A DNA stretch of 64,000 nucleotides. Origin: Octopus sinensis (Eukaryota). Both the position numbers and the translations under genes were made by a program. The notes under the pieces are model-generated. The model saw nothing but the letters and a program-made list of their open reading frames with translations. It had not been told where the DNA came from and did not search any database. This document shows positions 38,395-52,228 of the stretch, in pieces (the first letter of the stretch is position 1; each line of letters opens with the position of its first letter). Where the stretch lies: the NCBI RefSeq assembly GCF_006345805.1, contig NC_042998.1, positions 71,858,001 to 71,922,000 of the forward strand, in the 5' to 3' direction.

Positions 38395-38550
38395 GCCGGC
38401 GAAATGGTTAGCGGAATTTCGTCTGTATTTACGTTCAGAGTTCAATTTCATCCGAGGTCAACTTTCCCTTTCATCCTTTCAGAGTTCGATAAATTAAGTA
38501 TGACTTGCGTACTGGGGTCGATCTAATCGACTGGACCCCTCTCACAAAAT
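38395..38550 (+). mobile_element. SINE-B copy
   Basis: TTAGCGGAATTTCGTCTGTATTTACGTTCAGAGTTCAATTTCATCCGAGGTCAACTTT.CCTTTCATCCTTTC...GGGGTCGATCTAATCGACTGG. Confidence 0.85.
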
Positions 38551-38866
38551 TATAAAATTATAAAATTGTTCTTAATGTTGGGCGACATATGTACTCTGCG
38601 TGACGACGGATGGACGAAACCCAAAAGATGAATTAGTACATCATTTATTAGTAGCAAGTATTTTGTCTTCAAAAGCAAGAGTAATTTTCGGTGAGGAGGG
38701 GGGGGATGGAGTTGCTATATATTATATAGCTCATTTTATGGAAAATATTGAAACTTGCCCCAAATTTTCTAGATGGTTTCTACTTCTCATATTTATTCAT
38801 GCACGCAAACACACGCACACACACACACACACACGCACGCACATACACAAGTATATATATATATAT

Positions 38867-38940
<74 letters not shown>

Positions 38941-39025
38941 GTTGAATATAATTCATTGAAAGTAATTTGAAGGTATTAAAAACTGTGATTCTGCAAAATG
39001 GTTGCGCATCGTCTTATATAATATT

Positions 39026-39228
39026 GTTTTCAAAGTGTGAAAGGCCAGCAATTTCGGGGAAGTGAATAACTCGATTACATCGATCTCAGTGCTCAATTGT
39101 ACTCGTTCAATCAACTCCGAAATGAACAAAGGCAGAGTCGATCTCGGCAGAATTTGAGCTTAGAACGTAATGACCGACGAAATGCTGCTAAGCACTTTTC
39201 CGGCGTTCGAACGATTCTGCCAACTCGT
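39026..39228 (-). mobile_element. Full-length SINE-B copy with 17-bp flanking direct repeat
   Basis: Reverse-complement match to the 38395 and 42511 copies. TCGTCTTATATAATATT occurs at 39009-39025 and 39225-39241. Confidence 0.88.
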
Positions 39229-42200
39229 CTTATATAATATTAAGTTCATTGGATCCGAATATCGTGATCTTGTTTCACCTTGTAGCACTAAAAAGGACAT
39301 CATGCTTAAATAGTGATAAATTATTTATTGCACCTACTATACTAAAAGTATGCATTAAATTTATTCTTGCATTAAATTTTACTTGCATCTTAGCAACGTT
39401 AATATTTGATACTCTATGAAAGAGGTGAATATAATCATTTGTAGAGATATCCAATTAGTAATACAATGAAGCTCATAAATACTTACTGATGCAATTGTTA
39501 ATTATTTTTTCTGTCAATTAGCAGTAACCCTGAGCCTTTTTATACCACTACAATAAAGTCCCTGAATTGTATTAGCAGCTTGTTATGAAAAATTGAGTAC
39601 AACAGTCACTTTCGTCACTATATATTGTTTGAGAGATAAGCGTGTTTTATCTAAACACACCTACGCCTAACCCACCTAGTTCTCACCAAGAAATGAAAAA
39701 TGTAAGATGTCGAGAGAATATTCCTTAAATCCTTCTGTACAAATTTCTACATATTGGAGCAGGCATCAGTATTTTACTGGCGCTTATAGAAAGAATGGGA
39801 ACGTTGATCATAGAGGAATTTGAATTTGTCGGAACAAATACATGATCATATCATTTATTTGACACTGTAACATTTCTTGTAATTCAGCGCATTGCTACTA
39901 CAGTAGCAATGTTTAAAGAACACAGCATTTCTGATTTTCGAAAATAGCGATTAAAATGTTATACTATGTGTCTACGAAACATCAAAGAGACCAGATGCTG
40001 CAGTCCCTAATAAAATGTCCATTAAGTTTTGCTGTGAATAAAAAATATATGCAATAGTAAAACATATAAAACGAACGCACGTGCAAGTCTGTTTATAATC
40101 AAAGAGAATAGTTTTATCTGCAATGTCTTAGTAAAAAGGAAAAAAATATATCATAAATCGCTTCATTGGTTATAAGTAGAGAAAAACAAAGTTCTAGAGA
40201 TGCTCGCCTTTTTCATCCACTCAATTTGAAATCAAATTGCCCTACATATGGTGTGTTAGAAGTAATTGAGTGATCTCAACGATCTAAAGAGAGAAGAAAT
40301 AACACTATATATTTTATAGTACTAATGATTGTTAAATTTGTAATTATGTTTAAAATATGGGAAATGTATATAACATGAAAGGGGAATAACAAATATATTT
40401 GACCTCTATAGCCTAGGTAAGGCCATTTTGATATGTGTGCGCTTTACGCAAACACACACAAACATAGACACATATGCACACACACACACATATACATATA
40501 TACATGTATGTATGCATGCATGTATGTATGTATGTAAATGGTGTGCAGCTTTTTGTTGAGACATATTATCTTCAAAACACGACTATATTCCATTTTAATC
40601 TGCTTTGCAAAACTTGTTTTCCTCATTGTATCAGACGCATGTAATACGTTTGGATAAACAGCTTCCTTAATTCATTATATTACTATTTCCAGGCTATCTA
40701 AACCTCAGTATCAAATGTAGACTAGTTTGGGCTTCTGTCATTTTATTTTATAGCGGATACTTTACGTTGTTCCATGGTTTTCCCTCTCAAAACATTACAT
40801 AGAAAAATCTACAGAATCAATATTCAATAACTAACAAACTGTATTAAAAAATATTAATATTTAGACCCATACACACTTTTCCAAACACTAATTAACAATG
40901 GATAATAAAACAAACTACTAGACTGGTTTACTGTTGGATATAAAGAGTTTCATTGCAAGTAGACAGTAAATGTACAAAATTACATATTGCACACACCGCA
41001 TTGTGTTAAAAATATATACCCGCAATTAAAGGCAAAAACTATATTCTCATAAAACGACAAACAAAATGCACCATGCCAATTAACAAATAATATTTAAAAT
41101 ATCATTGTTAAAAAGGAACCTCAATCGTGCAGGCATGAGAACCAAGTAAAAACGATCAATATAATACTGAAAATGCAAAATTTCAACTTATATTTGCTAG
41201 TGATTAAAATTTTCTGTCAGGCTCAATATGTATTTCAAAGAAAGAACAATTTTGACGCATTAGACATAGCTAGGTAAGACGTAGCAAGATAAGAAAACAT
41301 GAATAGTTACTTTTTATAATGTCACAATTAGACTAAAACGCAATGTCGATAATGTAACGCTTGTTTATAGTTAACTTAAACAATGCACAACTCAGAAAAG
41401 CAAATCCATTGATATAGAACTCTAAATACCTAATGGTGTAAAAATATTTGTAAACATATATCGTCTGCTGTAAAACAAGCATCGCTGAAGATAAAAACCA
41501 CCTCACAACCCGATAATAAGCCTGAGCTGGCGTTTTGCTGTGGTCATTCGTGAAATGTGTGTAAAAGCCATTATTAAATTATTGGGTTGTTTGTTTTTCC
41601 CTACATTTTCATGTTTTCTGCAGGTTAAATGCGCACCTCGGGTGCGCTGTATACATGTACTCTGTTTTGCTTCAATTATAGTATTATCTATGCTATCTGT
41701 TAAGTGTGTACGATGCTAGTTTCGTCCTGTGTTAAGATGTTAACACGTATGTCTACGCGGTTCAGTACCATTAAGTACTACCAACGGAGGATTTCAATAT
41801 TAAAGGAGTTCATATTCTTTAATATTGCTAGTTACAAATGAGATGTTAAATTTTGTACCTAACATTCTATGTCAGCTAATTTTGAACTAGGGTACTTAGG
41901 GTAGGTAATGCAGATTGAACTATTTGTGTAGCATGACTAAATGATAACTTGTGACAAGACGGAATATTTTCGAATGTATATAACAGTATTAGAAGGCTGG
42001 TAAATACATAGATTTGAATAACTTTTAGAGAAGTCATTGGTTTGTGTTATTCCATTTAGACAATTCTAAATTATTGATTAGGTGTTTTCATATCCTACGT
42101 TAACACACGGTAGTATGAAATCTCGGCGACCAATTTAAATACCATATAATGGTTTAATACGTAAATGTTTTTGATAGGTAAACTTTCCACCATATGTCTC

Positions 42201-42479
42201 ATTTCTTTCAAGGGCCAATTTCAGTCCTCTGAATTAATCACTTCTTATAATAAATTGGCTACTATTACGAATGCATGAACTCTTTTTGACGAATTCAACC
42301 ATCATTACTACTCGTGAACTTTAATTTGAATTTTGAAATGCTTGTCTGATCAAAATTGTTAGTTTTATCTTAACTATTTAACCGGATATTATATTTTAAG
42401 CATGTCATGTCCAATGTGAATGATATGATGATGTCACATACGTGTCCAATTTGTTGAATGCTCTTCTTTACAATAAATG

Positions 42480-42510
<31 letters not shown>

Positions 42511-42690
42511 AATGCTAACCGGTATTTCGTCCGTCAGAGTACGTATTTCAGAGTTCGAATTCCGCCGAGGTCGACCTTGCCTTTCGTCCTTTCTGGAGCG
42601 ATTAAATTAAGTACCAGTCGCGTACCGTGGTCAATCGAATCGACTGGCCCCCTCCCAAAAACTTTCGAGCCTTGTGCCTAGTGTAGAAAT
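42511..42690 (+). mobile_element. SINE-B copy
   Basis: ATTTCGTCCGTC..GAGTTCGAATTCCGCCGAGGTCGACCTTGCCTTTCGTCCTTTC...ATCGACTGGCCCCCTCCC..GCCTTGTGCCTAG; B-box GAGTTCGAATTCC. Confidence 0.88.
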
Positions 42691-43703
42691 GAGTAAATTG
42701 CGATATGAGTACATGCATTGTACTCATATCGCAATTAAAGACAATCTAGAAGGAAATGCGCATAGCTTTACTATGAACAGAAATGCAGATCGTTTAGAAT
42801 TCTTATATATTAACACCAGAAGAGTTTGTCATTTAGAAAAATAATAGCCTGGTGGAACTAATTCCATATTGAAACGTGTATATTATTTACATTTTAGTGG
42901 GTGTGGTCAATAACCCAATACTCTTCTTTTAATGCGTTCGGCTACATAGGGAGGTTAAATATGTTTTAATATTCAGCTCAAAAACATTAGGGAGTTTACA
43001 TTTCAAAGATATCTAGTCTTATGTACAGGAACAAAAGCCGATTTTGTAATAATATTCATTACACAAATATATTAAATTGCAAATAGAATTAGACTAGAAT
43101 TAGCATGTATACCGCATTTCAGGTATAGAGTGGCACAGTAGACAGATAAGAAAATATTAATTCAGAACAATCGTATTATTACAATTTTAAAGACGCGAAA
43201 TTTGTCTATATATGATAAAAAATGTTCTTGATATTCACGACATTAGAAGTATTTACGTTCAAACATAAGCTCAGTTATAAATTAAGACAGAAATAGATAT
43301 GGTGTTATTGCTAATTGCAAACGAGATCTCTGATATATTGTAGTTAGTCCTGGTAGGCTTCTTTTAAATTTTATCATCGCTTATATACTTACTATAGGAT
43401 ATTAAGCATCTATTTTCGGCAAAAGGGTTTCAGTTTCTCATAGCATTGAATGAAATAAATAGGCTTTCATATATCTATGTAAGACATAAGTAGGCATAAC
43501 AATCATCATTTGGATTTATATATAATGTAGACATCATTTTATCCCCTGTTGTTTTGAATTATAATTTAAAACATACACTGAACGTTGAAAGGATTATCTA
43601 CTTTATTTCTCTCTCACTCATACACAGACTCATATTGACAACACTATAAATGTATACAGACATGGATGATATTTACAAATAGATATATAGATAAACTGAT
43701 TAG

Positions 43704-43819
<116 letters not shown>

Positions 43820-45190
43820 GCATCTGAGTACTGTTATAATAGCGTAAGTAAACGAAGTGCACAACTGTGGGACAAAGTCCACAGTGTCGTAATTTCTCTT
43901 GCAGTGTATATATACATTCACGTCTGCCCACACTGGCGTACATTCAAGGAGACATACATATATTTATGCGTATATATATATATGCGTATGAACGTATAGT
44001 TATTCCTAAAAATGAATTAGCTTAATAAAATTAGCAAAATTTTGACATGTGCTGGGAACGATATGCAAAGAGTTAATATAGAATTTGTTCTGCACTTTGT
44101 TTATATTCGTGATCCAACTATTAAGATCTTCACAGTGATATTACATTTCTTGCTAGCAAGTGCTTGCAGCTGGCATTTAATTTACATGCGATTTGGCATA
44201 TTCGTTTCACTGTGTTTGCTTGATGTTTTATAGCATTTGTGATAAATTCAGTGCACAAGTTATATTATTCACTACATGACTGTTTTCAGATTACTAGAAA
44301 ATATGAATAATTTCATTATGGCCTTCGTAATATGCCATCATATCCTGCATAAAACAAGATATGTGTCTTTATTTTGTATCTTATTATTTTCACGTTATTA
44401 AATACTGGTTGTTTTATAATGTTATTATTTGCTACTATCTGCAATAATCTGTATGAACAATGACACACGTTTTAATAGGCACATCGTGCTGTCAATATAT
44501 AACTTGATTAGCCTTCTGAACATTCATCATAATTTTGCTTCGTAACTATTCTAAATCATAAAGCGTGTGCAATTATAATAACTGGTAAAGGAATGGTCCA
44601 GTATGGTTTATTATTTAGCGAGCTTCTCAGAAAAAATGATAGGGAAATATCGGAGTTTGTCAAACATTCACGGAACTCAAATAAAAAAAAAACCCAGAAC
44701 TTCTGTGATAATAATAATAATGGTCATGTAGCGAAAATATATTAAAATTTCGCTTCACGTAAATAGCTATTTATTCTAAAATGCAAATTGCAAATCTTTA
44801 TTAGTTTCGTAATATATCTTACACACACCGTCAATAAGAAAAAAAGAACCACCAAAAGGCAAAGCCAAGAAGGGATCTACATCGGACGTAACTTATGTTC
44901 CACATATTTAGACATTCTTTAGTATGTTTTATTCATCGAGAGGTTAACTCTATGAGTGTTATTTCACAAATCTGCCTCACTAGATAGTCATGGTTTTTGA
45001 TACCTACTTTTTAACTTTAATTGTGATGTTTATAGAGGAAAATTCGAAGAAGCAATTAACTTCTACCGACGGTAGATTTGGGAAGAAATATGAATGAAAG
45101 TGATTTTAGAATAAAATGTCTCCTGGGATTCAGACAAAGGTCGGCAGGGGTTACATTTAGAACTGTGTATTCGGGGATTCTTTACGACGT

Positions 45191-45221
<31 letters not shown>

Positions 45222-45254
45222 ATATGTTTGTGGTGGGGCTGTGTGTGTGAGTCT

Positions 45255-46121
45255 GTGTACGTTCAAGAAGTATCCGGACTTTTGCCATAGTAACGAAGCT
45301 AAAGTATTCAGAGTAAAGATTAACCTTGACCTCTGTTATGAAATGGCACTAAGTTTTAACGTTGTATCTCACTTCCGCTGTTTGCAACAATGCTTCGAAC
45401 CAACGTGTGTAACGTATAATCGTCGCATTGGCCATGAAATAGATAGTTGTCATGGCGATACTTACTTAGAGGCCAACTGAAAGTTGCATAAAATATATGG
45501 ACAGGGTTATGAGCCGCACACAAGTGTGCGAGTGGTTCAAACGTTTCGAAGTTGGCAGAAAAAAATGTCGATTGGGACAAACATTCTGGGAGACCTGGAA
45601 ACAACAGAACTAAGAAAAACATTGCAGATGTGCGCGCAGCTCCCATCCGTGTGTTATTAGAGGTTATGCAGATCAGTTGCGGTTCCGTTCAGTCCATTAT
45701 CATTGACGATTTGGTTATGAGACACGTGTCTGCCAAGTTTGCGCCAAGACTGCTTCCAGCTGGCAAAAAAAAAAAAGAAGAATTCGTGCTTCGATTTCAC
45801 AAAATCTCCTTGATTACGTCGAGAATACTGAAGACTTTTTGAAAACTCAGCATATGCATCTGAGCAGGCATCGCCAAACATATGGCAAAATTTGATGCAG
45901 ATTCTCCGTTACAATTTCTCTGTCATGTTAAATATGACAAACACAGGCTACACACGTGAATTTCAAGCATTCCTGTAAACAGCCGAAGTGAGCTAGAACG
46001 TTAAAACTTAGTGCGTATGCATAACAGAATGCACGTCAAGCTGTGCCCAGTGGTTTCATGCTGCGTGCTTTAGCCTCGTTACTATGACAACAGTCCGGAT
46101 ACACATCGATCAGACTACATA
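45255..46121 (+). mobile_element. Internally deleted mariner-type DNA transposon with long terminal inverted repeats
   Basis: Inverted repeats at about 45270-45413 and 45947-46102 (e.g. GTATCCGGACT.TTG.CATAGTAACGA.GCTAAAG; GCACTAAGTTTTAACGTT). Transposase N-terminus MSRTQVCEWFKRF...HSGRP...MRHVSAKFAPRLL is present; the catalytic DDD domain is absent. Confidence 0.9.
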
Positions 46122-46217
46122 TATTGTATGCGTATATATATATATATATTATATATATATATATATATATACATACACACAGACACACAGACACACACAT
46201 ACACACACATCTATCTA

Positions 46218-46258
<41 letters not shown>

Positions 46259-46379
46259 GTACACATGCACATATATGAGGTGCAGTGAATATAGTGTCGA
46301 AATTACGCAAAAATGAAAGTAACACTGACATTTTTACAAATATATTTACCGACATTACATAAAAATGACTTGAAAAATT

Positions 46380-47401
46380 AAGAGTATATTCCTTTCAACA
46401 AAATCGCCATAGGCTTCAACCACCGTCTCCAGACGATTTAGATGCTCCTTTAACTCTTCTGGACGCTCTCCTTATTTAAGTTGCTGAATGCAGCCATAAT
46501 CCTTGTCTTTGGTGTTAAAAGGAGTTTTGTTGGCCTCTTGCTCAACTGCTCCAACACATAATAATGAAGGGGGTTGCAGTCTGGAGAATTAGATGTTAAA
46601 ACGAATCTGGTCGCAGAGATTGTCTGACAGCAATGGCTGGGTTTTCACGTTTGTGTGACATAGTGTAAAGTCTTATTGCCAGACATAGGGTCTTCCAACA
46701 GACAACCACTTGAGCCAGGGCAGCACTAGGCAATTGATGTTGAAACTGAGGCCGTGTTGAAACTGAGGCCGTGTGGGCAGATGAATGGAGGCATAACGTC
46801 GCCATTACTAGTGATCATTCGTACAACATGATGTTTACTGGATGGTTGATTTTTATTAATCTTGGTACATAGTTTAGGGGCATGGCAAGTCAATATTTGT
46901 TTTGTGTGTTTGCAATCTGATCCTGACAGAAATTTTTCTGCTCTGAGAAAGCAAAACCATGTTCGCTTGAAGTGGATGGTTAAGTTTGTTAAAAAACTTT
47001 GTAACGCAGGGTTTCCTCTTGTTCCTTATGACTAAGTGTACAAATTGGTCCTTTCTCATCTTGTAAAACGAAAACCCAATGTCTTATACAATGCCTGCCT
47101 TATAAAAAACTTAGATACTCCCATATCTCTGGTGATGGACCTAATGGTGTTGGAGGGATCATTGCCAATCATGGCCTGGGTCTCTCCAACAGCAGTTCTT
47201 ATCAGAACGATCAGAGTTAGTTCTGCGAGGTGTTGTACATTCGTAATTACCAGTAGAGTCATCCGACGTTTTCTGAATCCTCTGCTCTATCCCAAGATTG
47301 AGACCCAAACACTCTGAAGTATTCGTATTGAAGCTTCCGGTGCGAATACCACGCAGCACAGCATGTTGTTTGCAAATTTCTGGCTGAGAGAATTGCGCCA
47401 T
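46380..47401 (-). mobile_element. Decayed Tc1/mariner-superfamily transposase, maT (DD37D)-like
   Basis: Minus strand: MAQFSQPE..HAVLRGIR, MIGNDPSNTIRSITRDMGVS, GRPYVWQ*D..CHT..TQ.LLSDN.CD, decayed SPDCNPLDY region, GAVEQEANKTPFNTKD and RLETVVEAYGDFVE. Many stops and frameshifts; TIRs not confidently found. Confidence 0.85.
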
Positions 47402-47545
47402 GCTGCTGGTTGTCTCACAGAGGATGCCGAACGGACATTACATTACTGTGTAGTTGACAAAATCAAAATCAGACAAAGCACATGAGGGATATGAAAGATG
47501 TGATGCAGTGAAAATGTACCCGTCGCACACTGTATGTATGTGTGC

Positions 47546-47589
<44 letters not shown>

Positions 47590-50500
47590 AAAGAGAGTAA
47601 GAGGGAGAGAGAGAGAGAGAGAGAGAGAGACAAATAAACTTAGACAGAGCACAAAAAATTACAGATATTTAAAGAGAGAATACACATTTTCAACATAAGA
47701 ACTGTTTCTGGACGCTCAATATTACGTAATAATGTTCATGGTTATAATTATTATTATAACATGGAATGCATAAAGAGGCATGGATATGCAAACAGTAAAT
47801 GTTCGCATAGTTATATCACCATAGGAAGGGCATATTGAATTTATTCAGTCATATATATCTATCTATTTAACTATCTATCTATCTATATATCTATCTATCG
47901 ATCTATGCATACATACACACATACATGCATACAAGTGTGTATGTGTGTGCGTTTTTGTATGGGAGTTTGGCAGTGTAAATGCGTATCTGTGCGGGAGCGT
48001 GCGCTGTCGACTTATTATTTCTATAGTTTCTAAATTATCTCATAATATATTCTGAAATTTGCAGAAATTCTTTATTATTTAAAGGCAGTGGCTAAAGACG
48101 ATGCAATGAATTGGCTTTTATCCTGCATTTTGCCTTGCGTTGCTAGATACTATTTTATCGCCACCAGTTTATAACTGTAATATGTAACATATTATGTATT
48201 AGTAGAATATTATATCTGAAGGTATGTCGATTTTTATTTTATTCTTGCATAAAATGGTGCGCTTTGAAAGAAAATTAAGAGGAAATGTTTGGAATGAATT
48301 ATCATACAGGTGAATCATAATTTATTTTCGATTAGTAAAAGAAGCACAAACTTTATGAACAGTATGTCATCACAAACACTAGTGGGTATATAAATAACCG
48401 AAATGCTTAACATACTAGGGCCAAAAATTGATAGTGAGCCAAAAATCTCTGTTTTAGTGACATACTATACCAGTAGAGCAAGATAAACGGTTAAGCTGGG
48501 ACCTCAATTACAGTTATTAAAAATGGCAAATGAATCTACCGAGAAAATCAAAAGAAGTGATGCTAAACACAAACCAATTTGTATTTGAAGTGAAATATTA
48601 CGAGGAAACATCGTCTTTCGACATCATTTGTACTTGGATTTATCACCTTTTAACCAACAGGCTAAGATAGACTGAACTTGGATACAAATGTTATTGTAGT
48701 GTGAATTGATGCTTGTTGAATTCTTGGTACATTAACTGCTGATAATATAAAACCAGAAACACTCAACCCTAAAATACATTAATTAATGTATGATAGAGGT
48801 AATACATTGATCAATGAGAGAAATTGACATGGAATGTCAGAACCGAATGCTATGAATATGCACTAAAACTAGAAGCAATGTATATTAACACACTGGAGAG
48901 AAAAGAAAAACAAGGAAAATAATTACACCATTAAAAATACATTCTCATAAGGCGATTCAAATGGATTATTTGTCTCACGTACAAATGACAAATATATTAC
49001 ACTATTAACTCTGATTCTAGATTACGCTGTGTGATACCAACAGGTAAACTACGAGAACAAAATAAAAACAAATCTCATTTACTTTATATAGAAATTAGTT
49101 GATGTACAACAGAATTGTAGATAAAAGGTGGAAATAAAGATAACAAAGAAGCAAAAAAGTAGTCAATAAATAAAAACTAAACTGAAATTGCCATTTCAAA
49201 ATAACATGTTAATAATGCCAACCAGAGTATTGTATACCTGGTCAATGGGTGAGGATATTTGATGTAAAAAAACAAATCTCCAGCATGTATTCGCTGAGAA
49301 GCGTAGGATTTAGATCTGTGTTATGGAAAACCAAAAATCCATAACAAATCAGAATATAAAATGTTGAACGCAAAATATGTAGATTCGAAAAATACTAATT
49401 CGTCACAATGTTTTTAATTGCTGCATCTCCACTCCAATCATGGCCTTCTTGAATGTCACATTTATTAGACATCATGGCAAGATTATGAAATATCGACATA
49501 ATAGGTGGTACAAGCATGTCTGGGGCGTAGTTTGAAATTGCCAGCAGCTGATTTAATGAGTTACCATGCATCTCTATCTGACGAATTTACATCAAATTAC
49601 GCAGAATGTCGAGATTAAAAATACTAATATTTTCAGTTCAGCTCATTGAATTCAAGAAAAAATAGACAACAAAATGCGTAAAGAAGACACATAGATCTGC
49701 GCTCAGTCAACAACTAAAAAATATGCAATAAATATATATTGGAATCTAATAATGTTCTCTGCCAATTATGGTAATGCTATTATTAAATATGACAATAGAA
49801 TTTTTTTAAGGAAGTAACCTCTGATTACTCGTAGGAAAATGGGATGCTTAAATGCTGAACAATACTAAAAATCTAAACAAACAAAGAACAAAATGTTTGA
49901 CACCTTGAAACAAATTAGTGTAAATAATCATATTAGATTTATGTTTATTTACAGAAGATATATAATTTCTGTCGCAGCCAAGTTTTAGTTAATGAGTGTC
50001 TAAAAAAATATATGTAATTCTTCATTACAATTATATCTGTCACTTTGAAAATTTGAATGACAAATGCTTCTCATTACTTTGTAATAAATGGATTTTATTA
50101 AAAAAAATTACACTCCAAATTACTTCCTTCTCAGACATCTTACTAAAAATTATTATACTTCCGATGACTTTGAAAACGCGTTCGATTGCAATGTAATACT
50201 TGTAAAATGTGATACCGCTCCGATTCTTTGCAGCTGCATTTGTAAATACCAGAAAAAAACCGTTTAAGTGAAGCTATTAATTAACGTTGGATAATATTTC
50301 CTACTACATTCATCTATTGAAGGTTTTCTGACGTTATCGGAGAAATAAATTATTGAGGAAACATCTCGAAACAAATACTGAACAACTGAGATTCCTGTCA
50401 TATTACACTTATAGTTAATATTGCGCATTTTGATACTGAACTTTTTCTCCAATGACCACTACTTCGCAGTTCCATATATATTTAGGCTTCAGTTATAGAA

Positions 50501-51379
50501 AAAATATGTATTTTGAACAATTTAGTTTTCATGTAAATGTTATACAATATTTAGAAATATTTATAAGATTTATATAAAATCTTGTCTGAATGATGTAAGA
50601 AAAAAGAAAGGTATGCTAAGAAGTGGAAGAATAATTGGCGTACCGCAAGCCCGAGGCCACTATCGTTTCAGCCTTATATTTTACAGTCTACGGGGAAATA
50701 ATTATTTTCACCTTTTCAGTTCTTTCTGTTTTCTTTTTACGTTTTCCTGTTTTTCAACCTACCACATTTTATATCTAGTTCTTTCTCATATTATCGCTCT
50801 TTTCCTCTCATGGTATCGTTCTATTGCGGCTTGTTATGACATGTAGGCAGTGCTTGAAACATTGCGCTGAGACACCGGATGTGTTGAAAAATACTGTCTG
50901 AGATGCTTTCATGGTATGAAAATAACAGTAGCACATAAAAATCTATACAGCGAACACAATCATATATGTATGAAAGATATTTACACATACATGTATAAAG
51001 TTACATATAGTTGTCTTTGCCTGTGCGTGTTATGCGGTCTGTGTTGTGTGTGTTTGTGTATATTGTGCATATTATTCATAACAGATTAATATAGTATCGT
51101 TGTCAATTTTAGGAACCTTCTGTAAATACAAGCCCTTTATTAAATATACTTCCTCAATACCACTCTATTCAACTTTAGTTACAATTATTTCATTCATTTT
51201 AACCATTGCATATATAAGATTGCGTGTACATGTTTGTGTTTGTATATGTGAGTCTGTGTGTACGCATTTATATGTATATGTATATTTTCATGTTCGTATT
51301 TGTGTATATGAGTGCATGTTTTCTTTTGCATGTATACACAGATGCACGCGCACAGACGCACACATAATTCTTATGTCAC

Positions 51380-51442
<63 letters not shown>

Positions 51443-51728
51443 TTGTGTGTGTGTGTATGTATGTATGTATGTATTATGTATGTATGTATATGTATGTATG
51501 TATGCGTGTGTCTATAATTTCTCCTGTTTTGCTTTTTTCCTTTTCCTGTAATTTCTTAATATTAATTTCTGCCAAAATGAAAGCGTTTTCGTTATTAGCG
51601 TGGAAAACCTGCGCATAAAGGACGATTGAATATATCCTTAAATGAAATGTAAATAGAGATACTTTATGATTAAATACTTTCAAATATTTATTGGTATATA
51701 CAGCAAGCGAAATCCTATCCATAGTTAC

Positions 51729-51809
51729 CACAACTGCTTGTACAGACTTCACAAGAAATACATGCTATTTTTGCATCACTGCTTTGTTTCCCGTACTTTG
51801 TTTCCATAT
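51729..51809 (-). CDS. Candidate 81-nt phase 1-1 Cys-rich exon (D)METKYGKQSSDAKIACISCEVCTSSC(G)
   Basis: CAACATTTAG acceptor, GTAACT donor, symmetric open frame inside ORF 51715..51978. Unverified. Confidence 0.22.
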
Positions 51810-52048
51810 CTAAATGTTGAGTGACACATTTAGTTAATTGGCAGGAATTTTGGCTGCTAATTCTCAATTTAAGCCAAAAAAGATAACTTTCAATTATGAA
51901 TGAAATATTTTGTTGTACAAATGCAACCGATACCCACATTAATGTTTGCGTGTTTCCTTCGCTCAGTTTTCTACACAAAATTCAATAGTTCAAGATATAT
52001 CCTCCATTGATTAATATTATCAATTTTTTTACCCAAATGTAGCGCTTC

Positions 52049-52228
52049 CAGAGGAGAGTTATGTTGATTACATTGATCCCAGTGTTCTGCTGGTGTTTAT
52101 TTTATTGACTCTCAAAAGGATGAATCGCAATTTCACCCAAGCGGAATACGATCTTCGAACATAAAGGCGGACGAAATGGGGCTAAGAATTTTGTCCGGCG
52201 TACTAATAATTCTGTCCGCTGACCACCT
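52049..52228 (-). mobile_element. SINE-B copy, decayed
   Basis: GATTACATTGATCCCAGTG...AAAAGGATGAA...GGACGAAATGGGGCTAAGAATTTTGTCCGGCGTACTAA. Confidence 0.78.

Noticed and set aside
41628-41644. GCGCACC-TCG-GGTGCGC hairpin as a Helitron end
   Set aside because: No CTAG/CTRR at the right distance on either strand.
49400-49590. Minus-strand frame with GHDWSG resembling the alpha/beta-hydrolase GHDWGG motif
   Set aside because: Only a 4-residue match, no other hydrolase features, and a weak donor site.
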